The notes under the pieces were generated by a model, which did no database searches, was not told the origin of the DNA, and was given only the letters and a program-made list of their open reading frames with translations. 64,000 nucleotides of DNA. Origin: Octopus bimaculoides. Lineage: Eukaryota. The translations under genes and the position numbers were made by a program. The stretch is taken from positions 17,807,643 through 17,871,642 of the forward strand of contig NC_068983.1 in assembly GCF_001194135.2 (NCBI RefSeq), written 5' to 3'. Below are positions 1-12,001 of this stretch, piece after piece; position 1 is the stretch's first letter, and the number at the start of each line of letters is the position of its first letter.

Positions 1-288
1 TATTTTTATATATTTGTTATTTTAGGTTTTATAATGTAAAAACATTTTTTAGACGCTGAATTATTAATTTAAAAATTTTTTATATTGCGATAGACTGTAC
101 TCACTTTTTTCTATATACTTGTCTAAATGAAATATTGTTTCAACTTCTGTGATTTTGTGCATCCGTATTCTATGTATAAGAAAAAGCATTATGTTTCTTT
201 ACACGTGATTAAATGTTCGAGATGTGATATATTAGTTGGATGACCTTAAATTTGTTGTTTGTTCTACAACCAAATGGTTTCAACGTGA

Positions 289-291
<3 letters not shown>

Positions 292-330
<39 letters not shown>
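292..330. repeat. (GA)n microsatellite
   Basis: Uninterrupted GA run. Confidence 0.95.
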
Positions 331-333
<3 letters not shown>

Positions 334-444
334 GAGACTTATATATCCACAGACGTGCACATTTAACAATTTAAAGAATTTAAAGCAAAACTCAGTGGAT
401 TGCAATATGAAATGGTTCATTATTAAATACCTTATACCATACAG

Positions 445-751
445 AGCGTGGCTTAGTCGTTAGGACATTTGACTCACGATCGTAAGGTCGTGAGTTCAAT
501 TCCTGGCGACGCATTGTTGTGTCCTTGAACAAGACACTTTATTTCACGTTGCACCAGTCCACTCAGCTGGCAAAAATGAGGAGCACCTGTATTTCAAAGG
601 GCCAGCGTTGTCACTTTCAGTGTCACGTTGAATCTCTCTGAGAACTATGTTACGGGTACACGTATCTGTGGAGTGCTCAGCCACTTGCACGTTAATTTCA
701 CGAGCAGGTTGTTCCGCTGATCGTATCAGCTGGGACCCTCGTCGTCGTAAC
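445..751 (+). mobile_element. tRNA-derived SINE (family C) with CORE/Meta-like central box
   Basis: A-box-like TGGCTTAGTCG near 449, B-box GAGTTCAATTCC at 492-503, then GTGTCCTTGAACAAGACACTT typical of SINE central domains. Confidence 0.75.
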
Positions 752-1350
752 CGTAAAGTTCTCCCTCCCACTCTCTTCAAACTATACAACAGATTTGGTA
801 ACAAAGGTGCGATCTGAATTACCGAAATGATAATAACTATGGTTATACGATGTAATAAATACGTTAATAAAAATAGCGATCTGATAATGAATTGTCAGCA
901 TGAATTATGCAATACATTCTTAAGCTATAAAAATTAACTTCCCTATTATAACTGTCCAACCCTTCAGTCCAACTGACATTCTCCTAACCCTCACGTAATA
1001 TCTCTCACTTTCTATCCTTTAGGACCCCTCTTTTAACCCTGTATCATTTCGTCGTACCTTTTTGGTTTTTTTTACATATTTGTTTATTCAGCCATTTTCT
1101 AAATCTTTTTATATTTCTTCCCATTATATTTTATTTTTATTTCATTATTAGCATATTTTGACAAACACACCACAGTCTTCGAAGTAATATACATCTACTT
1201 CTATATTTTCTTATGCCTGTACACATGCTCTCGCAACATCTTAGAAGTAATATACATGTAGCATTACATATATGTGTGTATACGTATGTATGTATGTATG
1301 GTTGTATTTGTACGGATGAGTATATTTGTGTGTTTATATATGCGTGTGCA

Positions 1351-1353
<3 letters not shown>

Positions 1354-1437
<84 letters not shown>
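1354..1437. repeat. compound (TA)n-(GA)n-(CA)n microsatellite
   Basis: Three adjacent dinucleotide runs. Confidence 0.95.
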
Positions 1438-1438
<1 letters not shown>

Positions 1439-1552
1439 GTGCAGGTATTTGAGTATAAGTGGGTGCGGGTGTCTTTATGCATATATATATATATATATGA
1501 ATTTCATTTGAAACAAAAATTCAATGTTGTTCGCAATTTTCATACATTCAAA

Positions 1553-1598
1553 GGTGGCGACCTGGTAGAAACGTTAACACGCCGGGCGAAATGCTTAG
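1553..1598 (+). mobile_element. SINE family A head, cut by assembly gap
   Basis: GGTGGCGACCTGGTAGAAACGTTAACACGCCGGGCGAAATGCTTAG matches heads at 9666 and 23795. Confidence 0.8.
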
Positions 1599-2361
1599 NN
1601 NNNNNNNNNNNNNNNNNNNNNNNNNNNNNNNNNNNNNNNNNNNNNNNNNNNNNNNNNNNNNNNNNNNNNNNNNNNNNNNNNNNNNNNNNNNNNNNNNNNN
1701 NNNNNNNNNNNNNNNNNNNNNNNNNNNNNNNNNNNNNNNNNNNNNNNNNNNNNNNNNNNNNNNNNNNNNNNNNNNNNNNNNNNNNNNNNNNNNNNNNNNN
1801 NNNNNNNNNNNNNNNNNNNNNNNNNNNNNNNNNNNNNNNNNNNNNNNNNNNNNNNNNNNNNNNNNNNNNNNNNNNNNNNNNNNNNNNNNNNNNNNNNNNN
1901 NNNNNNNNNNNNNNNNNNNNNNNNNNNNNNNNNNNNNNNNNNNNNNNNNNNNNNNNNNNNNNNNNNNNNNNNNNNNNNNNNNNNNNNNNNNNNNNNNNNN
2001 NNNNNNNNNNNNNNNNNNNNNNNNNNNNNNNNNNNNNNNNNNNNNNNNNNNNNNNNNNNNNNNNNNNNNNNNNNNNNNNNNNNNNNNNNNNNNNNNNNNN
2101 NNNNNNNNNNNNNNNNNNNNNNNNNNNNNNNNNNNNNNNNNNNNNNNNNNNNNNNNNNNNNNNNNNNNNNNNNNNNNNNNNNNNNNNNNNNNNNNNNNNN
2201 NNNNNNNNNNNNNNNNNNNNNNNNNNNNNNNNNNNNNNNNNNNNNNNNNNNNNNNNNNNNNNNNNNNNNNNNNNNNNNNNNNNNNNNNNNNNNNNNNNNN
2301 NNNNNNNNNNNNNNNNNNNNNNNNNNNNNNNNNNNNNNNNNNNNNNNNNNNNNNNNNNNNN
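1599..2361. other. assembly gap; others at 3221-3614, 10167-10421, 21067-21638, 22511-22801, 52371-52603, 55386-56126, 60517-60608, 62026-62061 plus 10-N gaps
   Basis: N runs, mostly abutting (TA)n tracts. Confidence 0.99.
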
Positions 2362-2421
<60 letters not shown>

Positions 2422-4169
2422 TGTATATCTACTTATACATCTATATGTGTGTATGTATGCGTATGTATAGCTATCTAATTATGCCATATGTATGTACGCG
2501 AGGACGTGTGTATGTGTGTTTTTGTATGTGTGTCACTGTTATCGAGTGTTTCTGTGTACTTCTGTGATTGCGTAATGGCTGTTAGTTTCATTAAAATATG
2601 GTTGAATTGAAAGTTATAAATTTCAATCATTTATATGATCGTAAAGATAAAGCTATTCCTCTATGTCTCCTGATCGTCCTTGATTCTTCTCTTCTCTTTT
2701 CCTGTCTCCTTATACAATTCTGCTCCTCGGCTCTCTTAATACGTAATATTTCTATGGTAACAACCATTTCAGACTTTACTTTACTGACGTGTCTGTCGGA
2801 ATGTACTTGCTTGAATTATGCTGTTGCAATTAAAATCTTTTAACAGAATGATGTACGCTTTCGGATGCAATATGAGGCACCAAACGCACGTTGTAATCAA
2901 CTTAACTGCGTATTACTCGAGACGCAAATACCCATCAAAGGGGAAAATTCCTTATTTACTTCGTGAAAGAAAATATGGAAATAAATAAATATTAATTTCA
3001 TACAAACATTTCGTAGTTTTCTTAGATATTAGTGAATGTAAGTAACGTTAAAGTTATGGATTAACTGCTTTGTTGTAACAAACATGCCACTTAAAATACA
3101 ATTTTGTCTTATATGCAAAAGCGTTTTTTCAATTAACTGTAAAAGGAAAACTGTGTTTTTAACCTTATGAAGTGTACTGATAGGAAAAACTTGAAGATTG
3201 ATGTATATATATATATATATNNNNNNNNNNNNNNNNNNNNNNNNNNNNNNNNNNNNNNNNNNNNNNNNNNNNNNNNNNNNNNNNNNNNNNNNNNNNNNNN
3301 NNNNNNNNNNNNNNNNNNNNNNNNNNNNNNNNNNNNNNNNNNNNNNNNNNNNNNNNNNNNNNNNNNNNNNNNNNNNNNNNNNNNNNNNNNNNNNNNNNNN
3401 NNNNNNNNNNNNNNNNNNNNNNNNNNNNNNNNNNNNNNNNNNNNNNNNNNNNNNNNNNNNNNNNNNNNNNNNNNNNNNNNNNNNNNNNNNNNNNNNNNNN
3501 NNNNNNNNNNNNNNNNNNNNNNNNNNNNNNNNNNNNNNNNNNNNNNNNNNNNNNNNNNNNNNNNNNNNNNNNNNNNNNNNNNNNNNNNNNNNNNNNNNNN
3601 NNNNNNNNNNNNNNTATATATATATATATATATATATTAGAAGAAATTTGAAACACTTAGCAGTCTACTTGGAAGTAAATATTCTAATAATTATGGATGA
3701 TAGTGTAAAGTTAAATAGCTGAAACTACATCTCAAAACCGAGTCGCGAATTCCGCTTTTCTGTTGCCTTTATCAACTTTCAGACCAATATCTGTGACATA
3801 GAACAAATTACTATAAAATGTTCAACATATGAAGCTTTATGTGTAAGATAAATTGAATTACCTTCAGCTAGAAATCAAAGCTAGGTGTTACAGAAGCGTT
3901 TCCGATAATGTTTCTCTGTTGCACATGCCCCACAATATCGGTAATACAAATATACAACGGAAAAGTCACTGATATTAACCTATTCTCTTTACAGAAAAAT
4001 TGGCAACAATAAAGGTTTTATTTAGTTTGACAAAATATAAAAGTTAATGATATTGTAGGTGCCAGAAGTCTTCAACAGATAAATTGCTATCACCAACCTA
4101 CTTTTAGCTTGGTTTTAAGGTAACATAACAAATGCAGGCATGCGAGCTTTTTAACCTCACAAATTGAGG

Positions 4170-4565
4170 TTAACAAGCTTGTTTCGCAACAACATGGTTT
4201 CAGGTTCAGTCCTATTTTGTAGCAGCTTTAGCATGTGTCTTCTAAAGCCTAGGACCGGCTAATGATTTTGGAATTGATTTGAAGGACGGAGACTATGCGG
4301 AAGCCCGTAATTCTTATATATATATATATATGTGCATTTTTGCCTCTTCGTGTTTATGTTTGTCTTTTACTGCTTGAAATCCGATTTTCGGTAGTGAAAA
4401 TCCCCGTATGTTAGCAAAGAGTCAGGCAAAAAAAAAAAAAAAGGTACCGATAGAATAAGAACGACATTTAAATAAGTAATGTATGTTTGTATATCCACGG
4501 GCGTAGATTCTTTTTGGCTGGGATTCCAGCGTGGTCGCCGTCCAACAAGCGAAACAAGTGAAAGA
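4170..4565 (+). mobile_element. degenerate SINE family B copy
   Basis: Diverged match to 63424-63800 (AAGCTTGTTTCGCAAC..CATGGTTTCAGGTTCAGTCC..GGAAGCCCGT..CCGATAGAATAAG). Confidence 0.6.
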
Positions 4566-5240
4566 ACAAAATTGCATAGCAACGCCATTTTGCATTGAGC
4601 ATAATAGTTGTGTGAGCGATCACATAATATTGTGAAGAAAAACTTTTCAATTTGAAAAACAGCTCAGCGGGAATTATACCAATTAAAATTTCGGAGTTAT
4701 TGCCTTGATCAAATTCGATTACCTTTAGTCGTGCGTACTTTTTTCTTTCTCGATTCGACTTAAGTTTTTGATGTCCTATCAAATCTATATATTGTCTTCT
4801 TATGTTTTTTTATTTGTTTCAGTCATTTGACTGCGGCCATGCTGCAGCACCACCTATAGTCGAACAAATCGACCCCGGGACTTATTCTTTGTAAGCTTAG
4901 TACTTATTTTACCGACCTCTTTTGCCGAAGCGCTAAGTTACGGGGACGCAAACACACCAACATCGGTTGTCAAGCGATGGTGGGGGACAAACAAAGACAC
5001 ACAAATGCATACAATATACACACACACATATACACATATATGTATATATATATACATACATACATACATGCATACATATATATATATATATANNNNNNNN
5101 NNAGGCTTCTTTCAGTTTCCGTCAACCAATTCCACTTACAACACTTTCGTCGGCCCGAAGCTATAGAAGAAGACACTTGCCCGAGGTACCACGCAGTGGG
5201 ATCGAACCCCGAACCATGTGGTTAGGAAGCAAGCTTCTTT

Positions 5241-6739
5241 ATTTCATTCTTTTAAATTGCCATAAAGGCATTACATAGGGGGTGGGGACACTACAACACA
5301 TGTGGGACATATAATAATTAAAATAAAAATATGATTGCTATGAATGACATGAAAATGAACATGAAAAACATTAAAATCAAAATATTAAAATAATGATACA
5401 TGCATGATAACTGAGAAATGAGAATATGAAAAGTGTGTTACTCACCCCACACTGAGTAACACCACTCGTCAGCTCTGAGTCCTGAGTCCTCTTTAGTTCT
5501 TGATCTAGTCTTTCGTTTACCGTTTTCCCCATCGCTGAGTGACAGCACTCTCTCCTCCATGTACACGTAACCTTTTCATCAAGGGAGGGGGTCTTGTGAA
5601 CTTTGTGGTGTCTGTTCTTTCTTCTTTTTTACCTGTGGGGAGAGGGGATGGGTGGGTTTGGTGTCTGCATGGGGAGAGTGGGGTCTGAGTGGTCTTGGGT
5701 GGGATGGAGTTGGTCTGGGGTCCCACATCACACTGACTGTTCTTCCTTTTCTTTCTTTTTCCTCTGTCACTGTCCATTCATCCTCCTTGTTCCTTCCAAC
5801 TATCTGTATTTCTTCCTTTTTCTCCTCCATCTCCACCATCGCTTCTACTGTTGTTTTCCTCTGCAGAAGGCAGTGGGCTCTAATGTGCCCCTTTTGGCCA
5901 CATTTAAAACATTGTGGGATTCTGCCTTCCACCCACACTCTTAACACGATCTCCCCCAACGTCACTGTCTCCGCCATACTCTCCAATTGTTCTCCTCTGC
6001 TTGTATAATGAGGTCCAGTGTTTTTCCTCTCCATCCTCCGGCCTCCGTTTCCGTGGCTTGGAGGGCAGCCACTACCTCCTCACTTTCAACGAGGACGGCT
6101 ACCGCAACCCAATTAACTTCTATATCGGGTGGAATTCCTTCTACCCTCACCTTAGAAGTCTTCCTTTCAAGGTACGTGGGTAGAAGTACCATTTCCTCCG
6201 CTTTTACGGTTGCACTCGGCAGCCTCTTTGCCTCCTCTGCTGTCCTAAACTGGACAACCATCGTCCCATATCCATTTCCTTTCGCTATGTATGTCACTTC
6301 ATTCGAAAGTCCCCTCAATGCTTTTTCTACTTTTTCCATCTCAATCCGCTCCACCTTCCTACTCTCCACTGAGTACATCTTGTAGATAAGGGTCTTCTTT
6401 TCCATATTTTCCATAACCCTTTTCGGGGGTAGTAACTTTACGTCACCGCCCACCTTCTGTGTCATCTTACACAGCTCCTTCAGTCCGGCTAGGTCCACCT
6501 CCCTTTTCTTCACCTTTGCAGCCTCAGCAAAACACTTTACTCTTTCCAAATGCTCGTCCATTCTATTTACCGTCTTAACGAGCTCCTCTTCCGCCGAGGA
6601 TAGCCCATACTCGCTCAGGTCTGAATACATTTTTTTCTATCGGTATAACACTCACTTATAAACCGCTGCCACGTAGCACAAAAAATCCCGTCCGACTCGT
6701 CAAAAATCAACACAGCGAATAGACCGACGCATGCGCGGA
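5241..6739 (-). mobile_element. ORF1-only L1/Tx1-related retroelement (HAL1-like), 1499 bp, 14-bp TSD
   Basis: TSD AAGCAAGCTTCTTT at 5227-5240 and 6740-6753; ORF1 followed directly by an AT-rich 3' UTR; no endonuclease or RT. Confidence 0.8.
5520..6630 (-). pseudogene. frameshifted LINE ORF1 (gag-like; RRM-like region plus CCHC knuckle)
   Basis: ORF 5962-6630 continues by frameshift into 5579-6034 containing CFKCGQKGHIRAHC (CX2CX4HX4C); alignable by eye to 28481-28873 and 27862-28455. Confidence 0.8.
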
Positions 6740-7559
6740 AAGCAAGCTTCTTTCCATACAGTCACTCATGCGCCTAATTTAACTGGAGAACGTGAACTTT
6801 TTGCACTAGTATCCTGCTATCAAGTTTCTCCCAAGTGATTTTCATTCGGCAGTTTTATAATAAGCGTGAAGAATTTTTCACTGGTTGTGTTATATATTTT
6901 CGAAGTGGCCTTTAGACAATACTCTGTTCGTACTTAGGTTATTCATGCTGTATCGCGATTGTGTTCTTTGACTACATTCCAGATCACCCGTTAGGATGAC
7001 TTTAGGTCTTCCTGGGAAGGAGCATTTACTACCTTGATGGTATCATATTTCATACTGCGATAGACAGCTTGTGGGTTTTGAACAAACTTACAGTTTATCA
7101 TTTTTCGTTCATACGATTTCTTTTACCGTAACGAAGTTATTCACGCACCGCACGTAAATCGATACCTGACGCGTGGTACACCATGCACCTGTTCAGGTGA
7201 TGTCGGTTTGATCATCTGTACAAGTTGTTCTGCAAGAAATTGCAGAACTGTTTTTCTCGGTCTACGAGAGACTACCATCAACATAGCTATGTGTGTGTAC
7301 GTGTATGTACGCGTTTAATTTTTACGAAGAAAAGCTTTATAGTGCCTTTCTGACTGAAATTTTCTCAGTTGCTTTTGTCAGACAGTCTGAAGTAGATAAC
7401 CGTGCCGAAAGTTTGAATTTCCAGTCAGTTTTTTTCCTTCAAAAATTGAAATAAGTGTGAAGCAAATCAGATTCATATATATTAACATTGTGATACCTTT
7501 CATGTTATTTTCATTGCGATTCGGCAGCAGTTCGCGTTACACTGAATATTCTTATTTGT

Positions 7560-7790
7560 TTACGTATACTCCTGCTCATTACATTTTGAGTTCAAATTCT
7601 ACCGGTGTCGTTTTTGTCTATCTTCTTAACCTTCTGAGTTCAAATTCTGCCGGAATCGACTTCGCATTTCATCTTTACGGGGTTGATAAAACAAGTACCA
7701 GTTGAACACTGGAGTCAATGTAATCGACTAAACCTCCCCCCCCCCCAATTGCTGGCCTTTTGCCAACAACTGAAAGTAATGGAAATCAAT
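7560..7790 (+). mobile_element. 5'-truncated SINE family A with duplicated B-box segment
   Basis: GAGTTCAAATTCT twice, then GGGGTTGATAAAACAAGTACCAG..GTAATCGACT. Confidence 0.75.
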
Positions 7791-8798
7791 ATTTATTAAA
7801 TTATTAATTTATTTATTCACTGGTCCGACAACCTTCAACGATAAGATTTTTCACCAATGTAATACAGGTAGGTATTTGGAACTGACACATTCAACTGATA
7901 TTTTGAAAACGTGCTTGTTTCACCCATGAAAGCATGTTCTGCATTATATCTCCGATGAAACATTTCCTCCATCAGAACACATTAGAGCATGTAACGAAGA
8001 ATATAGTAAATATATTGCCTGTTTTGGATTACGGAATAAATAATATGAGTATTGATATATCAAATTGTCATATTAGATTTCATCATCTGAAACTCAGAAA
8101 AGAAGCTAATTTTTAGCTTGGGAATTTTACAAACATTTTTTTATGGAAGTGAAATGTGAACCTTTATAGGGAAGATTACAAATATTGTTACAAAACCAAT
8201 AGCAGGCCTCCTAGTAATACATTTAGCTAAAACCTAAAGATAATAATAACGTTTATGACACTTTCTTAGCATGTAGGTAAACAATAATAGCGTAATTTTA
8301 TACATCATTTTTATTTAAAAGCATCAAATATTGTTTACTCTCTTCGATGTCATTGTATATTAGGCCGCCTGTAGTAAAACCGGTTTAACGCAATCTATAA
8401 ATGTGTGCTGTGTATTTTAGGAATGTATAAAAATATATATGTTCATGTGCTTTTAAATACAAATACTAGACGAACGTACACACATTCAAATTCGAAATAG
8501 AAAAACATGTATTAAATCGAACATTTCTACACGTACATAAAGGTTATGTTTTTAGCTAAGATGTTGCATTAAGGCCAGAAATACATGAACAACAATATTT
8601 CACGGTAAACATAAAGATTAAATGTATTTCTTATGAAACATCCGAACAGGAATCTCGCAGTCTTACATTGGTCATTCAGAAAAATATGTTTTCACTTGGA
8701 AATGTCACACGCTCGCTCCTTCATAATTTTCATTTTTTTATTTTGTAGCTGATTTCATTTAAATGTGCGTATGTATGGGTAAGTACTTACATACAAAG

Positions 8799-8849
<51 letters not shown>

Positions 8850-9384
8850 AGTATATGTGTCGAAGAGGAGAAATCTATCTCTTGCAAAGTAGGTTTCGAT
8901 TCTCGTTAGGAAGAATCCATCCAAGCCTGTGACAAAAAGAAATGGGTGAGGCCATTCCAGAATACACACTAGTCTAGAATGATCTGGTATCACAATAAAA
9001 ATAAATAAGGAAGATCAGTTGCTTCCCTGTTTAGCGTATTTACAGATGAAGCAGCCTCAAAATGTAGGTTTGTCATTGCATAACTTGTTCAGATAACTTC
9101 TAACAGAAGTTTTAATGAATACTATAAATATCTGAAATCATGTTCTAGAGCGTATTCTCAGGGTGTAGGTGGATTCTTAATAAGCGCTCACACACATATA
9201 TTCTGTTCAATTATTTCTATTTTCCCATTCATATATTATTCTAAATCGATCATATAATTTATGAGGTCTTTGATCTTTTCCCTTTGAATGTAAATTGTTT
9301 GTTTCACCAACACGCATCCGTAAATCACATTTGAACGTCTCCTGCTGCCGTATGTATGAGATATATATGAAAATGCACTTAATA

Positions 9385-9421
<37 letters not shown>

Positions 9422-9433
9422 GTTATTGACCCT

Positions 9434-9885
9434 TAAGTGGCGAGCTGGCAGAATCGTTAGCACGAGGGGCGAAATGCTTAGCAGTGTTCGCATGTAGCTA
9501 TCTTCTGAGTTCAAGTTCCCCCGGGTTGACTTTGCCTTTCGTCTTTTCGTGGTCGATAAGTTGAGTACCAGTAAAACACTGGGGTCGATGTAATCGACTC
9601 ATCCCCTCCCCCAAAATGGCTGCCTTTGTGGCAAAATTTGAAGCCATAATTATTATTGACCCCTAAGGCGGTGAGCTGGCAGAATCGTTAGCACGCCAGG
9701 CGGAATGCTTAGCGGTATTTCGTCTGCCGCTACATTCTGAGTTCAAATCCCACCGAGGTCGACTTTGCCTTTCATCCTTTCAGGTCGATAAACTAAGTAC
9801 CAATTAAGTATTGGAGTCGATGTAATCGACTAGTCACCTACACCTAATTAACGGCTTTGTGCCTCCAGTAGAAAGGGTTATTGTA
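9434..9885 (+). mobile_element. two head-to-tail SINE family A copies (about 9434-9652 and 9664-9885)
   Basis: Each has GAGCTGGCAGAATCGTTAGCAC head and GAGTTCAA B-box; ATTGACCC lies before, between and after them; preceded by (TTA)n. Confidence 0.9.
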
Positions 9886-10421
9886 ATTGACCCTCACGAA
9901 AAAAATAGCCTCGGTCGTGACCCAGGGATGTCTTTAAAATTTTCACCTTTTTCATCTGCCTTCGGTTGAAAAATTTTGTCACTTATATAGAGAAATGAAT
10001 CTGCTTTTGTTTGGTCGAAATCCTCCTTGAAACAAAATTTGTCGAATGTTGTTTGGAAAAACGTCGTTTGTTTTAGCAAATAAACCAAAGAACTCTTATG
10101 AAATAATAATAACCACCTATCAGATATAACACACAAGGAATGAAAGTGTATATGTGTGTGACTATANNNNNNNNNNNNNNNNNNNNNNNNNNNNNNNNNN
10201 NNNNNNNNNNNNNNNNNNNNNNNNNNNNNNNNNNNNNNNNNNNNNNNNNNNNNNNNNNNNNNNNNNNNNNNNNNNNNNNNNNNNNNNNNNNNNNNNNNNN
10301 NNNNNNNNNNNNNNNNNNNNNNNNNNNNNNNNNNNNNNNNNNNNNNNNNNNNNNNNNNNNNNNNNNNNNNNNNNNNNNNNNNNNNNNNNNNNNNNNNNNN
10401 NNNNNNNNNNNNNNNNNNNNN

Positions 10422-10590
10422 GTATACATACAAGCATATATGGGTACAGGACATCACAAAAAACGTTAAACACAATGAGAAACGAAAACATAAAGACGAA
10501 GACAGAAAACGAACGTTTTTCGAACAACGAAAAAAAACAAACAGAGAAACGAGACATGCAACATAAAGAATATTTCCCTTCTAAAGTTCC
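10422..10590 (-). mobile_element. truncated copy of hammerhead-associated repeat
   Basis: High similarity to 22880-23035; stops where the ribozyme core would begin. Confidence 0.75.
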
Positions 10591-11330
10591 TGTTCCAGAG
10601 AGAGAGAGAGGGAGAGAGAGAGGAGAGAGAGAGCAAAGAGACAAATTTTTACCAAGGTTTTGCAAGTAACAGTAGTATTGCTTCTGTGACAACTGCAGAC
10701 AACGCCAGAGAGGCGGGAAAACCTCACTGTCGCTTGCTTCGAATCAACTCACTGATACCGAAAGAAATACCAGCAGCAAGAACAACAACATCAGCGACAA
10801 TAACAGGAATTATAACATGTGCAAGAACACCAGCGGAAAAGGTGACAAGACTAACGGACGTTTATTCAAATTCAATGAAGATTTCCCAAATTTTATACAT
10901 TTTAAAGAAAGTAAGAATATCATTAGTACAATTAATAGTAACATCAGAGGCGTATATTGGGAACATGACTAGAATTGTTCTGCCACAGACTCTAACACCA
11001 CTACTTTAGCTTCGTCACAGCAAGGAACAGCAAGTGCACTAACCACTATCACAGCCGCCACAACAACGATCACTACTAAATATAGCAAATCTGTTTCAAG
11101 AAATTCAGTTCTACTTGTAAACGGCGAATAATTTAGACGAGCCCATCATTTTGTAAAACGAGCGCCAATGAGCGTAAAAGTGTTAAATTATTTTGGCAAA
11201 TGCATTGGAAGGGCATCAAGAGGAAAACTGATCGTTTCGTAAACTTGGAGCACTGATAGGCCGAAAATGACTAGAAAGCATATGGTATCAAAGCTTTCGC
11301 CTTCTTTGGGAAGAAATTTCGGAAGAATTT

Positions 11331-12001
11331 GGATCTTGTTCAAAACGGGGGCACTAGTTTTCATTAATGTTTTATGTAGTGTTTTTGGTACCGAAAGACT
11401 TTCAAACTTCGTATACTTATCTATTTTGTGTTATAGAACAGAAAAAAAAATTTGTATTCGGATTTATTTCATGTAAAAAATTGTCTTATTTCGATAATTT
11501 CAACCAATCACTGACAAGTATTCAGCTGTTTACAAGTTACTCCTTTGGCATTTTAAGCGGTGTAAAGCGTATTTAATCTCTATTACTTCTGACATTTTGC
11601 AGAGGCAACACACGTGTGTTCGTTTTCCCTAACCCTANNNNNNNNNNCTAATTGACTTGCTCCTTCCCTCAAAAACCATGCCTTGTGCCTATAATAGAAA
11701 GGTTTATTAGCTACTGCCAATATGCTTCAGCCATTTTTTGACAAGGAAATAATAATTTTATCACCGCCGAGATTCGTTTGTTTACATAGTCAGCACTTAA
11801 TTTATACGGCTGAATGGACGTCAGTCATTGGTTGAAATTACAGACATACGACAACTTTAACATGAAATAACTTGCGATGTACGTTTTTTTCTTAAGAAGA
11901 CTAAGAGAAAAAGATGTTTTATATGACACATTCTACTAGTGTCCCAAGTTTCAAAGTGTTTCGTTAAGAAAATACTAGTGCCCCCGTTTTGAACAAGATC
12001 C
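11331..12001. mobile_element. non-autonomous TIR element (MITE), 28-bp perfect TIRs, 8-bp TSD
   Basis: GGATCTTGTTCAAAACGGGGGCACTAGT at 11331-11358 and its reverse complement at 11974-12001; AAGAATTT at 11323-11330 and 12002-12009. Confidence 0.92.

Larger units (their letters stand above)
4810..6775 (-). mobile_element. SINE family B (tRNA head, CORE-like box) split by a 1.5-kb insertion; SINE parts 4810-5240 and 6740-6775
   Basis: Colinear with intact copies at 47281-47700 and 63424-63800; head resumes at 6754 after the duplicated AAGCAAGCTTCTTT. Confidence 0.9.

Noticed and set aside
445-520. tRNA genes (here and at other SINE heads)
   Set aside because: A/B boxes run into SINE bodies and no complete cloverleaf forms.
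1439-2478. Long ORFs in the track spanning N runs (also 3165-3722, 9894-10692, 20922-22117, 22274-22892, 52216-52766, 55289-56236)
   Set aside because: Open only because N codons contain no stops.
5962-6630. Domesticated gag-like host gene
   Set aside because: Frameshifted before the zinc knuckle and enclosed by a TSD.
9434-9885. CRISPR-like repeat-spacer pattern
   Set aside because: Units are about 220-bp SINEs in eukaryotic DNA; no short regular repeats or cas genes.
11627-11637. Telomere-like CCCTAACCCTA (also GTTAGGGTTAGGG near 45452)
   Set aside because: Two units or fewer; expected by chance.
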